Shown piece by piece: positions 12,456 through 22,983 of a stretch of DNA of 64,000 nucleotides. Source of the DNA: Puccinia triticina (Eukaryota); NCBI GenBank assembly GCA_026914245.1, contig CP110439.1, positions 6,820,001-6,884,000 of the forward strand, read 5' to 3'. The notes below the pieces were generated by a model. The model was given only the letters and a program-made list of their open reading frames with translations, searched no databases and had not been told where the DNA came from. The number at the start of each line of letters is the position of its first letter. Position 1 is the stretch's first letter. The translations under genes and the position numbers were made by a program.

Positions 12456-14478
12456 TCATTCTAACTCTTCCCTGTCCTTCCCTGCGTTTAGCAAAATTGC
12501 CTCGGACCGCCGCACGTCGGCTGGACTGTATGGGCGTATGTACAGCTTGTAACACGCTGAAGACCAATGGCCCAAAATGCGGATGTCGCCCGTTGACATT
12601 ACCAGGGCGAATCGGAGCGAGGCCCCTCCCACGCGGAAGCTGTGTCCCAAACCGCTAGCGTGCCCGTTGGTCGTTAGCGTTCCTTGTATGCGTGAGACAC
12701 CAGGAAAAAAAAGTAGTCACTTGATGGCAAGTGACATGACACAGCTTTGGTTTCGTCTCCAACACTGCTCCAATGCTGCTCCTCTCCACCAGCAAATCTA
12801 GGGCTCACACGACAGGTGTCAGGATCAAAGCAATCCATTTGACAAAACCAGATGATGCTCAGCTTTGGCCCTGGCCCAGCTGATGCTCAGCTTTGGCCCT
12901 GGCCCAGCTGATGCTCAGCTTTTATCCTGGCTCAGCTGATGCTCAGCTTTTGCCCTGGCCCAGCTGATGCTCAGCTTGGCACCGGCTACCTGATTATAAT
13001 CTTTTTCCCTGGCACAGCTGATGCTCAGCCTTGGCCGTGGCTGAGCTGATGCTCAGCTTTGGCCCTAGCCTAGCTGATTTTCAGTTCTGGTCCTGTCCAA
13101 GCTGATTCCCATCTTTTTACCTGGCCTGGCTCAGCTGAGCATCAGCTGGCCAGCTGGCCCAGGACTGGATCAAAGCTGAGAATCAGCTGGGACAGAACTA
13201 GGAAAAGGCTGAGCAAGGACTGGTACAAAGCTGAGCATCAGCTGCGCCAGGACTAGTACAAAGCTGAGCATCACCTGGGCAAGGACTGTTCAAAAGGCTT
13301 CATTTCAATTCTGAGACTGAGCTGCGTGAAAAAGCTGAGTACGAGCTGAGCAAAAAAGCTGAATATGAGCTGAGCAAAAAAGCTGAGTATGAGCTGAGTA
13401 TGAGCTGAGAAAAAAAGCTGAGTATGAGCTGAGTATGAGCTGGGTACCAAAGCTGAGTATCAGCTGAACAGAACTGAGGATCAGTTGGGCTCATCAAAAA
13501 CTGAAAAGGACCTCCTTGGTAAATTTTGGAATTTGTGGAAATGGTTGGGAGATTGGGGTAGATGGTGGATAGATATTGGATAGATGGTGGGTAGCTGGCT
13601 GGAGCTGGTGTGATGTCACTTGTCATTGACTGACTATTTTATTTTCCTGGTGAGACGACCTCGCGCCTTGTCAGGTGAAACCTGCAGCCGCCGGACTGAT
13701 ACCCGAAAAGGGAAGTCCTGGCCGTGCCGACTTCCGGCAGGCGTCGTCTTATGGCCTTCACCGGATATAGGATCCCCTTCTGTGCGGTCGAGACGATCAA
13801 TTGAGGGTGACCCGGCGCTGCTGTCTTTGCCGACCTGACCGTCAGCGTCGCCACCTCCCCCAGAGAGGGGTCGGTAGAGAAAGCCACATCCGAAGTCAAC
13901 AAGGAGGAGGCGTAGGGGAGGGCACCAGATCTTGCAGAGTATGTGAGTTCTGTCAAGCGTGCCAGACCCCAGAACACGACAATGGCCAAATCCGCCACCG
14001 CTCTGTCGAAATTGTTGCCCCCGAGGCGTAAATTCGCCACCGCGACGAGTTGCCACAACATCACCGCGGGTTTGGGCGGAGTCTTGGACAGCGAGGCGTC
14101 CAAGCGAGCGGACGATTTCGGAATCAGGTCGATCCTGTCGCTAGAACCAGTGGGGAAGGTTGCTGCGTGGAAAGTGTGCCATGCCTTTAGCCCGCAGAGG
14201 TATTTCTTTACCGTCGAAGAGTTGATTTGCCCTTTACTCGCCGAGTATGCGTTGCGGCCGGCCCAAACACAGAACCGTTCGAGGGCGTTAGACGACACGG
14301 GCATCTCTGTCAGTGGCTCGCCCGTGAGCGCGCAGAAAGACTTAAATTTCTTCACGGCACAGTTGTAACTTTGCAGGGTGGATTCTTTCCAACCCCCAAG
14401 CAAAACGAGGTCGGCCAAGGAGGGTGTGCGCGCCACGGAGCCGTTGGTGAAGAAGTCACAAAACTTGAACAGTAACAT
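12456..14478 (-). pseudogene. Tyrosine recombinase of a DIRS/Ngaro-type retroelement, interrupted by a CACC element
   Basis: Motifs WGLARLTEL (R), RSAKT (K), GHSFRVGGAS (HxxR), GHW and CYKLY (Y). Removing 12698-13652 plus one AGA restores the frame REVVS-RIQGTLTTNGHASGLGHSFR. Confidence 0.9.
12698..13652. mobile_element. Non-autonomous CACTA/EnSpm-like (CACC-ended) element
   Basis: CACCAGGAAAA...TTTTCCTGGTG; 3-bp TSD AGA; internal arrays of cagctgatgctcagc in opposite orientations. Confidence 0.88.
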
Positions 14479-14633
14479 GGAGGGCGCGATTGCGGTAACA
14501 CTCTTTGCTCAGAAGTCTGCACGAGGGAAAAAGGCAAGCAAAGGAATAGGTGGGTGAAGAAAAAGTGGTGTTGGGGCGCCCCGTATACCGGGGTGTGAAA
14601 ACGGTCGAAATCGTTGTAAACTACCGGTCTCCC

Positions 14634-15300
14634 CTAGTTACGCGCCAATGTCGCGAAAACACCTATCTCAGGATTCGCAGGGGCGTATTCTCGGCCTGGT
14701 GCGTATTTGTTTTCCTTCCAGCCTGCCTCCCCAAAGGTCCTAACTGTGACGTAGCATTCCTCCACCAGCGTTTGCTGCCTGACTGAAATGTCTTGAATGG
14801 TGGAGCCCTCTTCGGAAGCGATCCGATGGGCGAACGCGGTCATCCGAATCGCCATGTCATAGCGCAACACCGTCAAAAAGCCGCAACCACTGGCTGCTAT
14901 CGCATCGCAATGCTCCTTATGAACTAGCAACCTGGCAGCGAAGAGCTCCATGCCATATACGTCTCAAAGCGTCGAGTAGAAGTTACGGTGGTTGTTGGTC
15001 CAATCGGAGTGCGTCTGTGTCCACTCTGATGGGTACGCCAAGCCTCCTCTGACTTGGTTGACCTAAATCGCTCTCTTCTCCCATTCATTATTAAATATGG
15101 TCAGAGGCAAGGTGCCCTCAAAGCTTTTATGTTCTCATCAAAAAAGGGAGTAAGTCCCACATCGTGATGGCCGGAAACCGCGCCTATCGCGTGGACCAGT
15201 CCTAGCTCTTTCTCGGCCTTAACCGACTTCACGAACATTCTTGACTCCACCGTCAAGAGAACCGGAGTGGCTGATACGGTCCTATGGATAGGTCCACCTC
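14634..15300 (-). pseudogene. Degraded gag-like ORF of the tyrosine-recombinase retroelement
   Basis: Fragments VGLTPFFDENIKALRAP and HKEHCDAI...LRYDMAIRMTAF lie directly upstream of the recombinase in the same orientation; frameshifted. Confidence 0.6.
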
Positions 15301-15479
15301 CCCAAGGTGCAGATATGCATCTTCTGTCTCCACCCTTAAAAGTGGCCCTCATCGAGGCGCCACACAAAAACTGTGTCCGAGCACGCTTGGGTAACCTGTT
15401 TGTGTGAGGACGGCTTGAATTCGTGAAACCCCCTCCCGTTTTGTGAGGTGGAAGCATTTTTCAGCATTATGGGAACAGG

Positions 15480-16050
15480 GAAGGCCTCTCAGAGCCAGCT
15501 TCCGGCAGGCGTCGTTAGAGTGCAGCGGATAAAAGGGTTATGTGAGTTCGCCCAAGCGCGAGGACCGCCACGGTGTGGTTGAAATATGGCCCCCCCAAAA
15601 TGTATGTTAATCACGGCGATGAGTTGCCACCGAATGACCAAAGGTTTCGACAACTTCTTTGGTAGGGTCGCGTTGACTGTTGCCGACGATTATAGCATCA
15701 GCTCTAGGCAAACATCATGTCCCGCAGGGGAAGTCGCCAAGTGGAAGTGATGCCATGCTCTGAGCCCTGATATGTATCTCCTCCCGGCGTTCTTTGTGTA
15801 CGAATTGCGGCCAGCCCATACGCAGAACCCTTTGAGGCTTTTCCCCGTGATGGTGAGGGCGCTGACTTTCTCTTCCAAGAGTTCGTAAAATTTTAAGAAC
15901 CATTGACTGCACAGTTGTAGCCTTGCAAAGTGCTAATTTTCCAGGCCGCTAGCATCACTAAGTCGGGTATGGAGGGTGTGCCGGGTTTGGACCCGTTTGA
16001 CAAGAGATCGCTGATAGACTAGGAGATTGGCAGCGAAGGGCAGCAAGTTG
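15480..16050 (-). pseudogene. Second, divergent tyrosine recombinase fragment
   Basis: TPSIPDLVMLAAWKISTLQGYNCAV...FCVWAGRNSY...YISGLRAWHHFH is paralogous to the N-terminus of the 13639-14478 ORF; stops and deletions. Confidence 0.8.
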
Positions 16051-19000
16051 CCGGGTTTGGACCTGTTTCGACAAGAAATCACTGATAGACTAGGAGATTG
16101 GCAGCGAAGGGCAACAAGTTACCTGCATAGTCCACTGGCTTCTTATTAAGGACGAGGTCAAGAGAGATATACGGAACAACAGGTCAAATCATGTGAAACA
16201 TGAAATGGCCTATGAAGACAGCCAGAAACATTTGGTTCCACCTTTGGGAGTATCGGGGTTGCTGAAAACCGTTCTCAGCCTGATGGGTTTTGAAACCGCC
16301 TATCCCATTGACGCTAGCACATTGGTCAAGTGCTTCATGAGAATCCACTTGAGCCGCTTTTATTTTCTAGACATGTGTTTTCTCTTCATACAAATTGTCA
16401 GAGGCTTCTATCACCGGTGGTGGTATGCTTGTGACCTTGAGAACCTCATCAATCGTGTTTCTTGACTGCTTTGCAACCGAGACAAAGGATTCTAAATCTA
16501 GAGTGTCTTTGGGTTGACCCCCGTAACGGTACAAAACCAAGAATAATTTACTATTACCTAGAATGATAGTAAACGAACAGTTTGGCATTGACTCTCAATC
16601 TCACCTTGCTGAGTCAAATATTCCCCCTCATCAGGCAACACAAACTCTTCTGCCATGTTTTACTTTGCTTCACCAGCACATTGGTACCTCCTGATTTGGC
16701 TACCATGCCGCGGTAAAAGATTCTGGTGTTGCATTATCGTTGCGGCGCGTGGTTTCTTTGCGTCTCGCGGCAACTGCTCTAGTGACGCTCATTTTCTACC
16801 ATTTTTATCAAGTTTAACAACATATTCTAATCACGATATATTGCAGCAAATTTGATTGATAATCAAACGTAATCGGTCTATTGGGAGCCTAAAGACAATA
16901 TGATACTGGTCAATATTGGTACGGTCTGGGGTTTGAATTAGTCTGATGCGACTGAATCCAAAATTATGATGCAACTGACTCGGAGTAGAATAGCTTGGGG
17001 TCTCTGGTCTGATACGACACCTGACTGTGAGCTTTATCACAAGGAGATTCGAAATTTGATAGCTAAATGCTGATTTCAGCCAATGACTCCTTAAATGAGA
17101 CCCTGTGTCCAAAAATGATGTGACATGTAGATGCAATTGCGTAACAAACCCGTGGTAGAGCGTGCAAATGTGTGTCATTGGTGTCACCTTGCTCATTATG
17201 TAGTAGAGCGTGCAAATGTGTGTCATTGATGTCAGCTTGCTCATTATGTAGCAAAGCAAAAGAAGCGAAGGTCAAAGGAAACATACGAGCTTGTCAGCTG
17301 GTATATCAATCTCTTCATCTTGGGTTAGAAACCAAGGGACGTGCTTTGAGCTGATGCCTAGGGTCTGAAGTCCAATATGGTACTTGGCTGGAAGCGCAAA
17401 TGTGATATTTAGAGTGAAACAATCATTGTTGGCTTTGGGTATTGGGTCTAAAACAACACCTGACTAGGAGCACACAAAGATGTATGTGGCTTTGGGTCTT
17501 GGGTCCAATGCGACACCTGACTGGGAGCTAAAAGATTGAAAACACAACTTGTTATGGATGATGTAGGACGTGTTTGTAGAACAAAGAATAAAATACGGAG
17601 AGTAGATGTACGTGGGGTTTAAAGTCTCTTGGGGTAACAACCTGGAGACAGAAGCTTAGGGTCTCAAGTCCAATATGGTACTTGACTTGAAGCGTAATAT
17701 GTGGTTCTGGGTCTCAGGTCCAATACGACACTGGACTAGGAGCGTGTAAATGGATAAAGAACTATCTAGCTTATGGTCTCGGGTCTGATGCGACACCTGA
17801 CTGGGAGCGTAAATAATGTTTGATAGTACGAGGAAAGTTAGGCTATGAAATTTACTTGTTTGTCAAATGAATAATCTGGACGGTCCGAAAAATGCGAGAG
17901 CGACCCCGAAGTGGGTTGGCTCTTTATCATGTCAATCGAAAGACGCCTAATTCACCAAAAATATAGCTGCCTGGGGGCTTAAAATGCCTGGGGGTGCTCT
18001 GATCTATGACTTGATCGTCTTATTGAACTCTTTTGAGTCGCTCGTCTGGGGGCAAATCGCCTGGTGACACCTGCGGATTTGGGGAGTAAGACCCTTTGAC
18101 TCGCGGACGATGTATCTGAAGGATGGTTAATCAGACAATCTGCGGATATGGGGACTATCACCCTTTGACGCGCGTGAATCGATTGTAAGTGGGCTATGAG
18201 GGTAAGTGCTAAGAAGAAAGCGAGGGTCGTCGGAAGGAAGCGAGAGGAGTGGAAATAAAGGAAGAGTGGTGAAGTGTTGTTGGAGACGAGTGATTATGAA
18301 AAGACGAGTGAATAAGCAGCTCGGTTCAGATTATGATGTCTAAAAGTTCGCAACTCTGAAGCGAGCGTCACACTGGTGATCTGAGGTGGGGGGAGGAGCC
18401 TGCAGCGGAGTGCTCGACTTGTGGTTCGGAACACAATGAATATGCAAGGAAAACAATGGAAGGTGATGGAAAGTGATGGAACTCGGGTAAGGGAAACAGG
18501 TGACATTCTCACTATCACAGACAGAGCGCGCACGCACATAACAGACACAGTAGATCAGGAAAGCTATACAACACATCAGAACAGGGATTGAGGTCACAAG
18601 CTGAGGTAGGAGGGAAGCATGACTTGAGCTAAAAGGAGAGGATGTGGTTGACTTGAAGTGTGGATAGGAGTGACAGCTGATTTGAGGATCATGAGGTAGA
18701 AGGAAGTGAGATAGAAATCCAACACTTTACATATACTTTACCTCATCTAGAGCTGGTCAAAACAAACCCGTTGCAGGTACCTGCTATCTGCTGGCGGGTA
18801 CCCAATCTGGCCAGCAGATACCCGCCAGCGGGTGCGGTTCTGGATGCGGATGTCTGGGATTCTGCAAAAAGCCTTGCGGGTACCCGGGTATTCCACACCC
18901 GCTCATGATTACCGCTCAGCTGTGCAGGCTGCGGATCCCCCATCCCCCAATGCAGTTGGGGGGGGGGAGCTCATATCTGATGGTATCCGAGCCCTCTGCT

Positions 19001-20093
19001 GTGCGCTCGTCCACTCCAGTCAACAAACAACCAGAAGATGCCTTGATCACTTAAGCGGCTCCAACAGCAGTTGGCACAAGAAGACAAAACCCAATCAAAC
19101 GATGAAACCAAGGATGGCGACACACCTACACCAGGAAAAAAGAATATTCCCTTGTAGACAAGTGACATTTGACAGCTTTGGTTGCAGCTCCAAAGAAGCT
19201 CTGATCCTGTGTCACCTGTGTCCTTGGTGCTCAGTGAGTTTTAGTGGGGTATGTACATAAATACATACATAGCCTCATGGCGCAGGGCTCACTGGCCCAG
19301 CTGATCAATCCCCAGCGCCACACAGCATTGTTCATTCTGGCACAGTTTTGTGCTCAGTGAGCCACTCAGCTCAAGCCTAAAAAAGAGCTGTGAGAGTGTA
19401 AGGGTTTGAATCCCTTCACTGAGAAAGTCGGTGGGACAGAAGGCCAAAGGCCAGAAGTCTATCAAAAAGAATGTGATTTCACTATATAAATGTGAGAAGT
19501 TGGAGATAAAAAGGTGGAAAGGAGAACCTCAAGGTGAAGACTGGCTTGGAGAAGAAGAAGAAGAGAGTTCGAACTTGAGTACAAGATATGTAGAGCAACA
19601 AATCTATGTATAAGGATAAATACAATGCTTCTAGTACAATCTAGTTTCAGTAAGGGTGAAACCCTGGTGAACCCTTAGAGAGAGCCCCAAAGGGGCAGCC
19701 CCACAGGGTCTCTCACTCTGTCTCACAGAGAGGGAGGTCACACTTTGTGCGAGGCACTTCGAGCCCTTGCCCCCCGGCAGGCAAGGGAGTGTGCCAAGTT
19801 CGGAATGTTTGGTTACCGGGAGCAAAGAGGAAGGTGGGTGCCGTCCATGGGGACCCCCCAGTCACAACCTGTACGCGGAAACCTGAGACACGTGTGTTTG
19901 GGGTCTGTACGGACCACATGTCCCAGATAGATCTGTACCGCGTACAGGGAGACGGAGGTCTGACATGACCATTCCCAACAGCTAGGTCCCGCTCAGGTCC
20001 CGCTCCCCCCAGCGCCTCCCAGGAGTCCCCTCTTTCCATATCCCTTCCTTCGCCCTTGTGTATCCTGGAAATCCCTTTATTTCGCGACCACCC

Positions 20094-20485
20094 TGTAACA
20101 ATTTCAGTACTGTACTACTGATAATTATATTTATAGGAGACTTATGGTCTTAAGCGCTATGTTATTTCGATTTCAATTTGTGATTTCATTGTACTTTTCA
20201 TTATAGTTAATTGTGTTGTGTGCACTATCGCGCTTTGGTGATAAGTGCTAGATGTGGTGGTCTTTCTCCCTCCTTTCTTCTTTTCTCCATCGTGATATTT
20301 TTGTTTCATTATCATCATCTATCCGAACAAATCACAATATAAAGTTTCCTTATTATAAATCCCTTCAAGAGTTTATTCTTCCTCGGAAGATAAACTACCC
20401 TTATTACATCTGAACATAGGCGATAGATTCTCTTGAGTCTATTCATAGCCATTCAAGAAGTAAGAGTAATAGGGGGCCTCTCACA
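20094..20485 (+). repeat. 5' LTR of Gypsy element 1
   Basis: Direct repeat of 25925-26316. Confidence 0.97.
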
Positions 20486-20664
20486 ATTATATCACGATCT
20501 TCTCAAATATAGATAGAATTTTCAAAATTTTTGACAAACCTTTATACATTAAGTTCGCTTTCCTTATCCTTCCAGTTTCCACATCAACCCGACCAGTTTC
20601 CTTGTTTCCGACTCTTTCGACTTTTTGTTCAAGCTCGACATCGACTTTTCGTTCAAAGCTCGAC

Positions 20665-22218
20665 ATGTCCGATAATTCTTCCCCGAACCTCCCCTTACGC
20701 ATGTTGTTGCCGACTTCCCCTCTTCCTGTTTCTCCTTCCCCGAACGCATTTTTTCAGCAAGGGGCTCAACCTTTTGTGACTCCCTTTCAGAGCCCGTTAC
20801 CAAATTTGATGGTTTCCAATAACTCTCAACGATCTCTTCCCCCGCTCGGTCCGGTTCCCCATGATTTCGAACCTCGGCCGATTGAATCCCTTCCAATTGC
20901 AACTTCTCTGGCCCCAAATCACCCGGCGTCACAATCGTTGCCTCCCCGACAGGATGATGTGTCCGGATTGATTGCGGGATTGGATGTTAACAGTCTTCCC
21001 GATCGAGATCAGACGATTATGGCGAATTCACAAGCTATCGCTACTCTCCAACTTCAAGCAAGAAGGAACGAAGAAATCATTAAACGCAATGATGAGACCA
21101 TCAAGGATTTGTCTCAGCTGTTGGTTTTTGCGAGTGATTTCACCAGGATGAAGACTCATTACGCTCAAGAATTCCTTCAAGTCCGCAATTCGGTTGATAC
21201 AGTTTCAAACTCTATTCATTCTTGTTTGGCAATATTGGAAGATCCGGCTCATTCACGTAATGTGTCTAGATCTATTGTTCAACCCCCTCATTTTTCACAC
21301 ATTTATTTCTCTGGGAATATTAAGGAGACTTATTGTTTTTGTTCAAAAATGCGAGATACATTTGCTCAGTTTCCCGACCACTTTGCTTCTGACCGTCAGA
21401 AGATTCTTTGGATCGCCTCTTATTTTTGCTCTGCTTCCGGAAACTTGGGAGATGATTGTCCGTCGTTTAATTGGTGGCGCGGACTTTTGAAGAAGAACGC
21501 TGAGGCGTTGGGTATCGATCCCATTCGTGCATCTTCTCAGGCGGATTTTGTCATCCCGGTTTTGGAAAACGCGGAATCTTTTTTGCAGTTTTTGGAAGGT
21601 GCCTTTTCGAACCATAAGGAGAAGGAAGAAGCTCAAGACAAATTGTCATCTCTTTGTCAAGGCTTGAAATCAATCACCAACTTCAACATCGAGTTTAATT
21701 CTTTTCTACATTTGGTTGATTATTCCAAATCAACTTTGGTCGCCCTTTATCAAGCCGGTGTTAATCCGAAAATTCACGAGTGTGGTGTGATTCGTGGTGG
21801 TTGGTCATCCATCAAGACTTTAGAGGAGAAGCAATCGCGAGCGGTGGATTTGGCTCCGGATGCGGTAGAGGTGGCGAATTTAAGTAATCGACGATCAGCT
21901 CCAGCGCCTCGGATCGAATATCGCGTGGCGGTTCCAGCGGCTCCAGTAATTCCTCCGGTTAAGCAAAATCAGCAGGTCCCAATGGATATCGACATGTTGT
22001 CGGCTGAGGCGGGTTTTTCTTTTCCATTATGGAGGGAAGAAGCGAAGAGACGTGGGCTTTGCATTTGCTGCGCAGAAAAATTCGATGAAGAGCATTACCA
22101 TAAACGTGGTTGTCCTCGGCCGGAAGATGAGTGGTTGAATAAAGAGATGTTGCTCTCCATTTGGAAGAGTTGGGGTGGTGCTTTGCGCAAGGATAGAAAT
22201 TGGTCGGATTCCCATTGA
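20665..22218 (+). CDS. Gag of Gypsy element 1
   Basis: Long ORF after the 5' LTR with a retrotransposon gag core, a VPMDID motif and a Cys/His knuckle-like GLCICC..H...C. Confidence 0.85.
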   Translation: MSDNSSPNLPLRMLLPTSPLPVSPSPNAFFQQGAQPFVTPFQSPLPNLMVSNNSQRSLPPLGPVPHDFEPRPIESLPIATSLAPNHPASQSLPPRQDDVSGLIAGLDVNSLPDRDQTIMANSQAIATLQLQARRNEEIIKRNDETIKDLSQLLVFASDFTRMKTHYAQEFLQVRNSVDTVSNSIHSCLAILEDPAHSRNVSRSIVQPPHFSHIYFSGNIKETYCFCSKMRDTFAQFPDHFASDRQKILWIASYFCSASGNLGDDCPSFNWWRGLLKKNAEALGIDPIRASSQADFVIPVLENAESFLQFLEGAFSNHKEKEEAQDKLSSLCQGLKSITNFNIEFNSFLHLVDYSKSTLVALYQAGVNPKIHECGVIRGGWSSIKTLEEKQSRAVDLAPDAVEVANLSNRRSAPAPRIEYRVAVPAAPVIPPVKQNQQVPMDIDMLSAEAGFSFPLWREEAKRRGLCICCAEKFDEEHYHKRGCPRPEDEWLNKEMLLSIWKSWGGALRKDRNWSDSH

Positions 22219-22983
22219 CCTCGTTATTCTGATAAGGGCAAGAAACGGGAATCCCTTTTGGAGGTAGTGGATCAACCAGTACAGAAGAAGCGCACTCAAC
22301 CGACCCCGGATCTTGCGACAACGGCTCCTTCAATATCTATGAAGCAAGATGCACCCGTGGAGTATGGCGGGGTTCGTTATGTGGATTCGATTTCTGCCGA
22401 GACCCTCACGGTGGCGGAAATTTTGTTCAATCGTGAATTAAGCAAGGAAGAATATGATGAATGTAAGCCTTTTTATCATGTTTTGGTTTCTAATTTAAGT
22501 AATCGACCAACTTTCAACGGAAAAATGATTGTTGGCCGAAAAGACATTCTGGATGTCTTGGTTCTTGTGGACTCTGGCGCTTCTAATTCATTTATTGACG
22601 ATCGTTTGGTTTTGTCGCAGGAGTTAAAAACTTATTCTCTTTCACAGCCTTTGTCCATTAGATCTTTCAATGGGTCAACAGCTGTTTCGGGTGATGTAAC
22701 GTCTTATGTGGAGATTGGTCTTTTGATTCCGATAGTGGATGGTAAATTTTTAGAATCAACGGTTCGGCTCAACGTGACTCGGCTTTCAACATCAAAAATT
22801 ATTTTAGGCTCCACATGGTTAAAAGATACAAATACGTTTATTGGCGGGCGGAATAATGATATTGTTATCAATGGTTGTATTTCTTTTGTTTCTGCGATTA
22901 ATAGAACTCCTGAAGAGACTTTGTTGAGAGATTTTTCTGATGTATTCGTAACAGACAGTCTAGCTTCTTTACCCCCTCATTGA
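22219..22983 (+). pseudogene. Aspartic protease region of Gypsy element 1 (in frame with gag and pol, bounded by TGA stops)
   Basis: VLVDSGASNSFID and IILGSTWL motifs. Confidence 0.9.
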
